DNA from: an uncultured Spirochaetota bacterium
GTDB taxonomy: Bacteria > Spirochaetota > Spirochaetia > SZUA-6 > Fen-1364
Length of the DNA: 64,000 nt
Direction: 5' to 3'
Assembly (NCBI GenBank): GCA_963745235.1
Contig: CAVUXE010000028.1
Location: forward strand, 32,001 to 96,000
Position numbers and translations under genes: made by a program
The notes under the pieces: model-generated
Seen by the model: the letters and a program-made list of their open reading frames with translations, nothing else
Database searches by the model: none
Told to the model about the DNA's origin: nothing
Part shown: one piece after another, positions 19,904-29,191 of the stretch
Numbering within the stretch: the stretch's first letter is position 1
Layout: every line of letters starts with the position of its first letter

Positions 19904-20707
19904 TCAAGAAAGAAGTTGCCGGGCAGCCAGCACCCTGCGTTTGCATGACTCAAGGTCCTGCGCTTCCGACAGCTCAATGCATATGAGCTTTCCATCAGCA
20001 ACCATCTCTCGGTAGAAGGCGGGCGGGATGTCCCCATCTTCCACGAACAAGGGCTGCACGATGTTGTCCTTCGTCATTTTGACATGGACATAGGGCAACC
20101 GGTCACGATAGTCATTGTAGAACTTCCTGATATCGGCCGCACCGCAGAAGGACCGGTTGTGCTCCCGGTCCATTGCGTTCCCCGGATCGAAAGTCAGGTT
20201 CATCGAAGGAACCACGGCAAGCAGCTCGCTGATTCCCGCCTCACCGCCGGATCCGCTCAGGGGCTCGTGGCTGTTTTCGAACACGGGCAGGACACGATGC
20301 GTAGCGGCGGTCCTGATGTACTCCTGGACACGCTCCTGCAGCGTGGCCAGCTCTTCGTTCGAATATCCGATCTTGGCGGCATTGTCCCTGATAACCCGCC
20401 CCGCGATGGTCAGGCGTACGAAAGTCCCCGGTCCAAAGACGGCGCCGTTTTTCACGCCCCGAAGGAACATCCGGCCGTCAGCAGGATCCAGGATGTTCGT
20501 CCCGTCCCAGGCGTAGTGCAGGCGCATGTTTCCCCTGGCCGCGGCAGAGATCAGCCTCCGAAGCGCCCCCTCGTCCAGAGAGAGGCTCACGTCGCGCACT
20601 TCCATCCACGGGAAGCGCTCATCCACGGCCCAGGCAACGAGCTCCTCCAGGGTCGTCTCACCACGTGCGATTGCCCCCGCGAATGTCCTGGATGTGAACC
20701 CGATCAT
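19904..20707 (-). CDS. Divergent TIM-barrel sugar isomerase/epimerase-like protein
   Basis: WMEVR, FENSHE, TFDPGN, YVHVK and CIEL metal-site pattern; ATGA overlap. Confidence 0.65.
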   Translation of the reverse strand: MIGFTSRTFAGAIARGETTLEELVAWAVDERFPWMEVRDVSLSLDEGALRRLISAAARGNMRLHYAWDGTNILDPADGRMFLRGVKNGAVFGPGTFVRLTIAGRVIRDNAAKIGYSNEELATLQERVQEYIRTAATHRVLPVFENSHEPLSGSGGEAGISELLAVVPSMNLTFDPGNAMDREHNRSFCGAADIRKFYNDYRDRLPYVHVKMTKDNIVQPLFVEDGDIPPAFYREMVADGKLICIELSEAQDLESCKRRVLAARQLLS

Positions 20708-21726
20708 CTCTGCACCCGGCCCGACGTGCCTTCGTTCAGAAGCTCACGAACCTCCTCGAGGGAGGTAAGGTTGAAGTCCCCGAGAACCGTCTGCTTCAGA
20801 GCGGAGGCGGCCGCCGCGAAATCGACGGCTTCCTGGGGGGCCATTTTGCTCATGATGGCGTAGATCAACCCCGCGGAGAAGGAGGCGCCGCCGCCGCCCC
20901 GGTCAACCAGATGGATGTCATAGTCTCGCGAAGTGAAGAAGTCCTTCCCGTCGTAAAGCAGCGCGGACCAGCCGTTGTCCGACGCTGAGCGGCTCTCCCG
21001 CAGCGTCGAAGCCACGAAGCGGAAAGAGAACTTTTCCTTCATCTGCCGAAACATCGTCTTGTACCCGTCCACGCTGAGCTTGCCGCGGGAAACGTCGGTG
21101 TCTGAAGGCTTGAACCCGAGCATTATCTCGGCGTCCTCTTCGTTGCCGATACAGACATCCACGTGCTTCATCAGGCCCGTCATCACTTCGCGAGCCCGTT
21201 CGGGAGTCCACAGCTTCCTGCGATAGTTGAGGTCGACGCTCACGGTGAGCCCGTGCTCCTTTGCTTTTGCAAGCGCGACTTCCGTGAGCTGGCGGGCGCT
21301 GTCGCTGAGCGCGGGAGTTATCCCCGAGACGTGGAACCAGGCCGCGTCCTTGAAGACCGCATCGAAATCGAAATGCGACGGCCCCGCCGTGGCCATGGAA
21401 GAGTCCGCCCTGTCATAGATGACCCGGGACGGACGCATCGCCGCGCCGTTCTCATAGAAGTTGAGACCCAGGCGCTTCCCCCCGAACGCAATGAACCGTG
21501 TGTCCACGCCCTGCGCGCGGATGCTCGCCAGGGCAGCGCGGCCCAGGGGATTGTCGGGGAGCCGGGTCACGTAGGAAACGTCCATGCCGAACCTGGCAAG
21601 GGATGCCGCGACAATCGACTCATCCCCGCCATAGAAGACATCGAATGAGCCTGCCTGCTCGAACCTCAGGTTGCCCGACGGCATGAACCTGATCATCATC
21701 TCCCCCATCGTGACGACGTGATTCAT
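20704..21726 (-). CDS. PfkB-family 2-keto-3-deoxygluconate kinase-like protein (catalytic GxGD motif altered to GGGA)
   Basis: MGEMMIR, YDRADS, SGITPAL, DLNYRRKLW, GNEED and SASDNGW motifs; DRGGGGASF in place of DRVGGGDSF. Confidence 0.85.
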   Translation of the reverse strand: MNHVVTMGEMMIRFMPSGNLRFEQAGSFDVFYGGDESIVAASLARFGMDVSYVTRLPDNPLGRAALASIRAQGVDTRFIAFGGKRLGLNFYENGAAMRPSRVIYDRADSSMATAGPSHFDFDAVFKDAAWFHVSGITPALSDSARQLTEVALAKAKEHGLTVSVDLNYRRKLWTPERAREVMTGLMKHVDVCIGNEEDAEIMLGFKPSDTDVSRGKLSVDGYKTMFRQMKEKFSFRFVASTLRESRSASDNGWSALLYDGKDFFTSRDYDIHLVDRGGGGASFSAGLIYAIMSKMAPQEAVDFAAAASALKQTVLGDFNLTSLEEVRELLNEGTSGRVQR

Positions 21727-22151
21727 TTTATCACCCCCCTCAGCACCAGATTCCTTCGCAGACGGAATGCATCCACAAAGATGACCGCGTTTATTCCGGC
21801 GCGGATCACAGACGAGGTGACGGCCGGCCTGTCATCTATCCAGAGAAGCTCCTCCCGCCGGCCACCCGTGCGGGCCATGAGCTCTTTGATGAGCTCATTC
21901 GGCAGATCTGCCCTGAAGCGCCCGGAGGCGAAAAGCCATTTGTCCGCGGGAATCAACCGCTCAAGCCGGAGGTTCTCCAGCGCAGCGGTGTCCTCCCCGG
22001 CACCCTCGCAAAAGAGCCACTGGGTGAAATCCCCGGAAAGCTCCTTGAGAAGCACCTCCATGCCCGGGGTGAAGCTCGGGACCTCGTGAGCTTCCCGCAT
22101 GACCACCCCGTGAAAACGGAAGACGAGATGGGGAGCCCTCGCGCGGCTCAT
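21723..22151 (-). CDS. Degenerate HAD-superfamily-like protein
   Basis: C-terminal 'LLWIDDRP..AGINAVIF' is HAD motif IV-like, but motif I reads 'VFRFHGV'; ATGA overlaps on both sides. Confidence 0.55.
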   Translation of the reverse strand: MSRARAPHLVFRFHGVVMREAHEVPSFTPGMEVLLKELSGDFTQWLFCEGAGEDTAALENLRLERLIPADKWLFASGRFRADLPNELIKELMARTGGRREELLWIDDRPAVTSSVIRAGINAVIFVDAFRLRRNLVLRGVIK

Positions 22152-22564
22152 TCTCCCATTACCTGCAGGATAAGGCTGCGGGGGGCGCTTTCATGCTGCA
22201 TATCCAGGACCATGATGTCCTGGTAGGTCCCCAGGAGAAGCTTCCCGTCCTGGACGGGAACCGTGACGCTCGCCGAAAGGAGTGCGCTTCTCACGTGGAC
22301 GGCGCCGTTCCTGTCATATCCCACCAGGTGATGCCGGTAGGCCCCCTCCAGGGGAACAAGCCGCTCCAGCGTATCCTCCAGGTCCACGAGAAAGCCGGCC
22401 TCGTGCTCTACGATCATGACTGATCCCGTTGTGTGCTGGAGAAACACGGTGAGGGAACCCTCCCGCAGGCCGGATTCGGAAACGAAGCGTTTCGCCTCTT
22501 CGGTAATCACAAAAGTGGAGAACTTCCCAGCGCTTTCGATCTGAATCCTGCCGGTCTTCACCAT
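22148..22564 (-). CDS. yjbQ: YjbQ/UPF0047 family protein
   Basis: HTT.S..I.E.E, Y.H...NG..H and G.L.LGTYQ motifs. Confidence 0.85.
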   Translation of the reverse strand: MVKTGRIQIESAGKFSTFVITEEAKRFVSESGLREGSLTVFLQHTTGSVMIVEHEAGFLVDLEDTLERLVPLEGAYRHHLVGYDRNGAVHVRSALLSASVTVPVQDGKLLLGTYQDIMVLDMQHESAPRSLILQVMGE

Positions 22565-22573
22565 CGGGAAAGC

Positions 22574-23461
22574 CTATCGTCCGCCGCGCGGGCCTTCAAC
22601 GGCTGGGGCGCCCCGCGGATCCTCCCCTCGGGGAATGCCCAGCCGGCTCATCCACTCCCTGATCCTGCCGGCTGCCGTGATGACATGAGGCTCGGGATCC
22701 ACGTTGTAATCCCAGGAAAGCTCCACGGACAGGAAGCCCGTAAAGCGCGTTTCATGAAGCGCCATGAGGAGGGGCTGGAAATTGAAAGTCCCGTCGCCAG
22801 GAACAAGGCCCTGGTGCCTTTTTCCGTCATTGTCGTTCAGGTGCACCTGGTAGAGAAGAGGTCCCAGGGCGTGGACCTCCTCCACGCCGGTTTGCCCGGC
22901 AAGGTGGATATGACCGGAGTCCAGCACGACGCCCAGGTTGTTCCTGCCCAAAGGTCTGATAAGCCGCAACGCATCTTCCGCGTTGACAACCAGGTCGCTC
23001 ACGTAGTGGTTGACTGCTTCCACCCCGATCTTCACGCCGGCCTCCGCCGCAACGTCCGCCACCACGGAGAGGCTGTCGGACATCCGGGCCCAGGCATCCT
23101 CCCGGCCCTGCCCGTGCAGGGACCGGCCCGGCACGGTGAGCACGCTCGTTGCTCCGAGCTGCACCGCGTTGTCAATGGACTCCTTGATGTAGTCCAGGCT
23201 GTCCTGGCGGACGCGCTCATCATTCGTCGTCAGGCTGAAGGGGTAGCGGTAGAACGCCGGCATCACGGATGCGATCTCCAGCCCCAGGTCAGCGGCCTGG
23301 CGGCGAAGGGCTCGAAGCTTCGAAGGCCCCAGATCTGAGCGGAAAACATGGGGCCGCCCGCCCCACAGGTCGACGCCCTCGTAGCCCGCCCGGGCGACGA
23401 TGGGCAGGACGTGCTCCAGGGTGTAGTTGGAGAACACCGACGATACGACGGCAAGCTTCAT
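22574..23461 (-). CDS. D-tagatose/fructoselysine 3-epimerase-like TIM barrel (FrlC-like)
   Basis: DLWGGRPH, VEAVNHY, LDSGH, HLNDNDG..H..PGDG and SVEL motifs. Confidence 0.8.
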   Translation of the reverse strand: MKLAVVSSVFSNYTLEHVLPIVARAGYEGVDLWGGRPHVFRSDLGPSKLRALRRQAADLGLEIASVMPAFYRYPFSLTTNDERVRQDSLDYIKESIDNAVQLGATSVLTVPGRSLHGQGREDAWARMSDSLSVVADVAAEAGVKIGVEAVNHYVSDLVVNAEDALRLIRPLGRNNLGVVLDSGHIHLAGQTGVEEVHALGPLLYQVHLNDNDGKRHQGLVPGDGTFNFQPLLMALHETRFTGFLSVELSWDYNVDPEPHVITAAGRIREWMSRLGIPRGEDPRGAPAVEGPRGGR

Positions 23462-23471
23462 TCTGCGTCCT

Positions 23472-24151
23472 CTACGGAAGCTCGGGGAGATCCTGCCGCG
23501 CCTTCGCGACGAGGGCGATGTATTTTTCAACCTGCTCGCTGATCCACCGCAGCCCGTGCTTCTCCACCATCCCCGGATCGAAGAAGTTCCGGTTTCCCGA
23601 GATCGCATCCGCCCCGCAGCGAATGAAGTCCGCGGCGTTCTCCAGGCTGATCCCGCCGGAGGGGCAGAGCTTCACTCCCGGGTAGACCATCTTGAGGTTC
23701 GTCATGTACTTCGGTCCCCCGAGAGTGGCGGGAAAAATCTTGACCATGTCCGCGCCGGCCTCCATGGCCATGAGCACCTCGGTTGCCGTGAAAGCCCCGC
23801 AGTACATCGCGGCCCCATAACGGTGCGCCGTGGCAATGACTTCGGGCCGGAAACGCGGGAGAAACGATGACCCGGGCCCCCGCAAGAATGGCGAGCCGGG
23901 CGGTCGTCTCATCCAGAGTGGTTCCGGCGGCCAGGAAGATCCTGTCCTTGAGCTCGTCCCTGAGGGTCTCGAAAGATTCGAAGATCCCCGGGCGTCGTCG
24001 TGGTGATTTCGATAACACGGGCACCGCCCTCGTACATTGCGCGTACATAGCTGACCAGGTCCCCGCCTGCCTTGATCTTCATGGCGGGAAGAACGCCCGT
24101 TGTGCGGGTCACAAAAACCGCTTCGTTCTCCGGGCCGTCCGTTCGACTCAT
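23472..24151 (-). CDS. eda: KDPG/KHG aldolase (two single-base frameshifts near 23987 and 23852)
   Basis: GGARVIEIT..TPG, AGT.LD, VSP, GADMVKIFPA (Schiff-base Lys) and PSGGI across three frames. Confidence 0.8.
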
Positions 24152-24831
24152 TCTTTCCTCCTTATGCGCCCCAGGATCGTTGCCGGCCCTCCATCCGCGC
24201 CGCTGATCCACCAGGGCGCAACGATCACGGAGGCAAGCCCGCCCAGGTCCTGGTCCAGTTTCATGTCCTCGATGACCAGGAAGCGCCTTCCCTCCCCCTC
24301 CAGGAGCACGTTGTGGGCCTTCATGGTCCGGTCCAGAAACCTGATGCATGACAGGGAAGGCACATCCATTCCCAGTGCGCGCATGCGCGGAAACTTTTCC
24401 AGGAGGTAACCGGCGCTTTCCACGCCGAACCCGGGGCAGTGGCTGGAGTAGCGCTTCGGGTCGGACGCGCGCACCTCACCGTATCCGAATCGGAACATGA
24501 CAAGGTCAGCATCAGAGCTCCCCCGAGACAGGCCCTCCAGGTGGGTCGGCATCACGAGCGCGTCATCTTCCAGGGGAAGGTCCAGGACAACCGGCCGATC
24601 GAAGATCAGCTCCGCCGGCTGGAAATCCGATAGTGCGAGGCCCCGGGGGGTGACGTGGCGGGGCGCATCGACATGCGTTCCCGTGTGAGTGACGACCTTG
24701 ATGAGCGTCACGTTGGCGTCATCCCCCTTTTCCAGGCTCAGGAACGGGGAAAGCTCCATTCTCGGGATGGCCGGCGGGGTCGGCGTTTCCATCGAGAGAG
24801 GATAAGAAAGAAAGACGTACTCAGGGGTCAT
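24148..24831 (-). CDS. Cyclase/kynurenine formamidase (KynB) family metal-dependent hydrolase
   Basis: HTGTHVDAPRH signature, GMD..S, H..LL, IE and DGGP. Confidence 0.85.
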   Translation of the reverse strand: MTPEYVFLSYPLSMETPTPPAIPRMELSPFLSLEKGDDANVTLIKVVTHTGTHVDAPRHVTPRGLALSDFQPAELIFDRPVVLDLPLEDDALVMPTHLEGLSRGSSDADLVMFRFGYGEVRASDPKRYSSHCPGFGVESAGYLLEKFPRMRALGMDVPSLSCIRFLDRTMKAHNVLLEGEGRRFLVIEDMKLDQDLGGLASVIVAPWWISGADGGPATILGRIRRKE

Positions 24832-24841
24832 GAGTCGCTCC

Positions 24842-26005
24842 TCAGCCGGACCGATGGTCCTGCGTGAAGTCCTTGAGCCAGCCTTTGTCCCACAGGCTGG
24901 GGAAGGGGTTGCGCTGATAGGGGTGCGCAGCCACGGCCGCCTCATCGAGCTCCAGGCCGAGCCCCGGCTGGTCATCCAGAAAGAGCTCACCGCCACGGAT
25001 CGGATTCCAGCCGTGCACCAGCTCATTTCTCCACGGGACATCGAACTCGGCAAACGCCTCCTGGATGAGGAAGCTGGGACTCGCCACGTCGAAATGCAGG
25101 CAGGCGGCAAGGGAGACCGGACCAACGGAGCAGTGCGGGGACAACCGGATGTCCTTCTGCTCGGCAAGCGCGGCAATGCGCCGCCCAGCGGAAAGTCCGC
25201 CGCAGTGGGCAAGGTCGGGCTGCAGCACGTCCACTGCCCGCAGGGAGATGATCCGCGCAAAATCCGCCATGGTATAGAGACGCTCGCCGGCAGAGATGGG
25301 CACGGAGGACTGGCGCTTGACGAAATCCAGCATCTCAATGCGCTCCGGCGGAACAGGCTCCTCGCACCAGGCGGGGGAATAGGGGGTCAGGCGCCTGATC
25401 ATTTCCAGGGCAGTGGGCGCATTCAGCCTGCCGTGGAACTCGATCATGAGCTGGACTTCCGGCCCCACGGCCTCCCGCACGCCGGCAACGAGGGCCTCGG
25501 CCTCTTCCATTTCCGACGGGCTCATCACCATCCAGGCGGTTCCCAGGGGATCGAACTTCATCGCCCTGTAGCCCCGGGACACGGCTTCCCGAGCGCGCTC
25601 CGCGTATTCCCTCGGGGTTCGCGCCCCGCCGTACCAGCCGTTTGCGTACGCGGGAATCCTGGTGTTGAACCTGCCGCCCAGCAGCCGATAGACCGGCTGG
25701 CCGCACGCCTTTCCGACGATGTCCCACAGGGCCAGCTCCACACCGCTGATGGCAGTCATGACGGTGGAGCCTCCCTGGTACTGGTCCCTGATCAGCGCCC
25801 CGGCCAGCGCTTCGATATCGAAAGGATCACGACCCACCACCCGGTCCTCGAGCCATTCGTGGCACAGGGTCTCCACGGTCTTCTCCTGCCACTCCAGGGA
25901 AGCTTCCCCGACACCGGTGATCCCGGTGTCCGTGGTCAGGCGTATGAAAAGGTAGTTTCGCAGGCCGGCGTTGGCGAGAAACGTCTCGAATCGCGAAATC
26001 TTCAT
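24842..26005 (-). CDS. Mandelate racemase subgroup acid-sugar dehydratase (galactonate dehydratase-like)
   Basis: ALWDIVGK, YANGW, KFDP, EFHGR, EEP, GER, QPD..HCGG and PH motifs. Confidence 0.88.
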   Translation of the reverse strand: MKISRFETFLANAGLRNYLFIRLTTDTGITGVGEASLEWQEKTVETLCHEWLEDRVVGRDPFDIEALAGALIRDQYQGGSTVMTAISGVELALWDIVGKACGQPVYRLLGGRFNTRIPAYANGWYGGARTPREYAERAREAVSRGYRAMKFDPLGTAWMVMSPSEMEEAEALVAGVREAVGPEVQLMIEFHGRLNAPTALEMIRRLTPYSPAWCEEPVPPERIEMLDFVKRQSSVPISAGERLYTMADFARIISLRAVDVLQPDLAHCGGLSAGRRIAALAEQKDIRLSPHCSVGPVSLAACLHFDVASPSFLIQEAFAEFDVPWRNELVHGWNPIRGGELFLDDQPGLGLELDEAAVAAHPYQRNPFPSLWDKGWLKDFTQDHRSG

Positions 26006-27177
26006 GCCCGTGCCTTTCCGGGCCATCCGTGGGACACGAGCCATGCGTGCGCCTCAGCATCAGCTTCCTTCGGGTCCAGGGGCAGCCGCACCACCGCGCC
26101 GCCTCGGGCCAGGGAAAGCTCGGAGGCCACGAGCGCTTCATATGCCTTGTGCCCGTCCCAGCCGCTGACCAGCGGCTTCTCGTTGCCGCGGATGGTTTGC
26201 AGGAAGTTCTCGATCAGGCCCATGAAGCCCCCGAACTCCTCGTCGAACAGGAGCGTGTTGGGCACAACGGGAGCCCAGACCCGGGATCCCTCCGTCTCGC
26301 TGTCATGCAGGGTGAGCCGGCACTGGTCATCCACGTCCAGCCAGGCGTGGTCCCCGTAGACCTCCACCCGCTCCCACGGCTTGAAGCTCAGAGCCGAAGA
26401 GCTCGTGGTGATCACTCCCACGGCTCCGCTCGCGAACTCCAGCTGGCAGACCGCATTATCGACGGGAAACCTGCGGCGGTTCTTATGGTAGCGGTCCAGC
26501 CCGACGCAGCGCACCGAGGCGACGTCACCCATGAGATACCGGGTAATGTCGAAGATGTGGATGGTCCCGGATTCGAAGAGGTCCACATACTCATAGCCGA
26601 GGTTGAACTTTGCAACGGACATGGCAGGATTGGAAACAGGGCCTTCGGAAATCATTCTCTTTGCCTTGCGATACGGCGGAGAGAACCGCTTGTTCGCCAC
26701 CGCCATGAGCGGAACGCGCCGTGTGTCGGAGAGCGTGCACATGCGAAACGAATCTGACAGGGAGCGCGCAATTGGCTTTTCCACGAGCACCGGTATGCCC
26801 TTCTCGAGACACGCGCAGGTGTGCTCGCAGTGGAGGTCATCCGAGCTGCACACGATGACTCCGTCCAGCTTCTCCTCATCTATCATGCGCCGGTAGTCCG
26901 CGTACCATGTGCCACCGAACACCGCCTCCACCTTGCGCGCCTGCTCCGCGGTGCGCAGCGCAAATGCCCGTACCTCCACCGGCTCCCAGATCGTCTGCAG
27001 CCTCTTGATGGCCGGCCAGTGCTTGGACTGCACCACCGGGCCCGCGCCAATGAAGCCAAGGGAAAGGGGCTTGCGCGACGCGCGCTCTTCATCTTTTGCA
27101 ACGCCGTAAACGTCCCCCAGCTCGAAGGCTTTCCTCGCCGGGGTATGTCCGTAGGTATCTTCCCTGTCTCTCATCAT
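26002..27177 (-). CDS. Gfo/Idh/MocA family oxidoreductase
   Basis: GFIGAG, LVEKP, NKRFSP and H.FD motifs. Confidence 0.88.
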   Translation of the reverse strand: MMRDREDTYGHTPARKAFELGDVYGVAKDEERASRKPLSLGFIGAGPVVQSKHWPAIKRLQTIWEPVEVRAFALRTAEQARKVEAVFGGTWYADYRRMIDEEKLDGVIVCSSDDLHCEHTCACLEKGIPVLVEKPIARSLSDSFRMCTLSDTRRVPLMAVANKRFSPPYRKAKRMISEGPVSNPAMSVAKFNLGYEYVDLFESGTIHIFDITRYLMGDVASVRCVGLDRYHKNRRRFPVDNAVCQLEFASGAVGVITTSSSALSFKPWERVEVYGDHAWLDVDDQCRLTLHDSETEGSRVWAPVVPNTLLFDEEFGGFMGLIENFLQTIRGNEKPLVSGWDGHKAYEALVASELSLARGGAVVRLPLDPKEADAEAHAWLVSHGWPGKARA

Positions 27178-28178
27178 GAAGCGCCCCGCATCCCGCGCAT
27201 TGCGGGCCGGCTCGCCGCGCCCGAACGAAGCGCCTGGCGGCTGATGACCTCGAAGAAGAGCGCCACGAGGATGACTACCCCCTTGTAGAGGTAGAACGCG
27301 GAGTCACGCATGCCCATGGTGCTCAGGCCGTTGTTCAGGATGGAGAGGAAGATCACGCCGACGATGGTCTTCCTGATGCTCCCCTCCCCGCCCATCATGC
27401 TGCTGCCGCCAATGATGACGGCGACGATGGCGTCGAACTCCAGGCCGTACACGGCGTTCGGCGCTCCCGCGGACATCCTGGCAGTGGTCACCACCGTTGC
27501 CAGCCACACGAAGAAACCGCTCAGAAGGAACAGGAGCAGCCTGGAAAGGTCCGTGTTTACCCCCGCCTGCTTGGTCGCCTCGACGTCGCCGCCCAGCGCG
27601 TAGGTGTAGCGGCCCAGGCGCGTGCGGTTGAGCATGTACCAGCCGATCAGGTAGCTCGCCACCACCACCAGGATGACCGGGGAAATGCCCGCAAGGAAGC
27701 GGTTGTTCATGAAAGCGACGAACGGATTGACGAACGGCAGCGAGTCCCCGCCCGTGATCCCGAGCGCCAGGCCGCGCGCCCAGATCATGGCCGCCAGGGT
27801 CACGATGACCGAGTTGATTCCCACGTAGGAAAGAAGGAAACCGTTGAAAAGCCCGCAGGCAAGGGCGACCCCGAGGGAGGCGGCAAGGGAGACCGCCATG
27901 CTGCCCGTGCCCCGAAGAACCACTGCAAGCACGACTCCGGAAAGGGCCACGACGGAGCCGGGTGAGAGGTCGAATTGCCCGGCGATGATCGTGAAGGTCA
28001 CGCCCACGGCAACGATTGCAAGGGCGGCATTCTGCTCCAGGATGCTGACGAGGTTGTTCATGGTGAGAAAGTCAGGATTCAGCAGGGTGAATACGACAAT
28101 CAGGAGAACGCCCATGAAGACGAGGCCGAACTCCTTGAGCAGCCAGCCGGTGACCTGTCGGGATCCGCGTTCCTTCAT
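27174..28178 (-). CDS. Sugar ABC transporter permease (CUT2)
   Basis: GQFDLSPGS and EFDAIVAVIIGG; ATG 28178 overlaps the upstream TGA. Confidence 0.9.
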   Translation of the reverse strand: MKERGSRQVTGWLLKEFGLVFMGVLLIVVFTLLNPDFLTMNNLVSILEQNAALAIVAVGVTFTIIAGQFDLSPGSVVALSGVVLAVVLRGTGSMAVSLAASLGVALACGLFNGFLLSYVGINSVIVTLAAMIWARGLALGITGGDSLPFVNPFVAFMNNRFLAGISPVILVVVASYLIGWYMLNRTRLGRYTYALGGDVEATKQAGVNTDLSRLLLFLLSGFFVWLATVVTTARMSAGAPNAVYGLEFDAIVAVIIGGSSMMGGEGSIRKTIVGVIFLSILNNGLSTMGMRDSAFYLYKGVVILVALFFEVISRQALRSGAASRPAMRGMRGAS

Positions 28179-29191
28179 GCCGCCCTCCCCCTGCTGACCC
28201 GGTCGATGACCACGGCGGCGAGAATCAGGAGGCCGTTCACGGCGGTCTGGTAAGGCCCCGGTATTCCCTTGATCGTGAGGTAGTTGAGGATCATCCCCGC
28301 GATCAGCGCGCCGAGCATGGACTTTTCCAGCCTTCCCGAGCCACCGGTCAGGCTTGCTCCGCCCAGCACCACGGCAAGGATCACGTCGAACTGTATGTTG
28401 TTGCCCACCCCCGGGCTCACCGCGCTCAGGCGCGCCGCAAGGATGAGACCGCCGATCCCGGCGGTGAAGCCGGAAAGAACGTAGGTGAGAGTCTTGAGGC
28501 GCACCACGGGGACCCCGCACAAGGCGGTTGCCCGGGCGTTGCCGCCAATGGCGTACAGGCGCCTTCCGAAGCTGGTCTGGCGGAGAGCAACGGCAAAGAC
28601 GACGTACAGGAGAACCATGAGAAGGATGAGCACGGGAATGGACGCGATGGTCTTCTGGGCCACGAAGGTGAAGACCGGGTCCCGCACCCAGAGCCAGGCG
28701 TTGTCGATCCAGAGAATGGTCTGGGCCAGTCCCCGAACCGCAATCATCGTGCCGAGTGTCACGATGATAGGGCTGATGCCGGCGCTTTCCACGAGGAAGC
28801 CGTTGACGAGGCCCACCGCGCTCGCGGCGGCCAGGCCCGCCACGATGGCAACGCCCGTGGGAAGGTAGCCGTGGTTGAGGAGGAACATGGAGACCACCGC
28901 GGCAAGAAGCGCCGAGGAGCCCACGGACAGGTCGATTCCTCCGACGAGGATCACCATGAACATCCCGATTGCCATGATGGCAACCACGGATATCTGCTTG
29001 AAGATCGTGACGATGTTTTCCGCCAGGAGGAATCGAGGCGCCGTCAAGCCGAAGAGAATCCCCAGCGCTATGATCACCAGGACAATTCCATAGTCGCTGG
29101 CGATGACGCGGATCCGCTCTCCGCTGTTCAGAAGCGATGCCGGCTGGTCCATATGGCGCGGCGCCTGCGCCAGCTCATCTCCCCTGTGCAT
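28175..29191 (-). CDS. Sugar ABC transporter permease (CUT2)
   Basis: GGIDLSVGS and FDVILAVVLGGASLTGG. Confidence 0.9.
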   Translation of the reverse strand: MHRGDELAQAPRHMDQPASLLNSGERIRVIASDYGIVLVIIALGILFGLTAPRFLLAENIVTIFKQISVVAIMAIGMFMVILVGGIDLSVGSSALLAAVVSMFLLNHGYLPTGVAIVAGLAAASAVGLVNGFLVESAGISPIIVTLGTMIAVRGLAQTILWIDNAWLWVRDPVFTFVAQKTIASIPVLILLMVLLYVVFAVALRQTSFGRRLYAIGGNARATALCGVPVVRLKTLTYVLSGFTAGIGGLILAARLSAVSPGVGNNIQFDVILAVVLGGASLTGGSGRLEKSMLGALIAGMILNYLTIKGIPGPYQTAVNGLLILAAVVIDRVSRGRAA

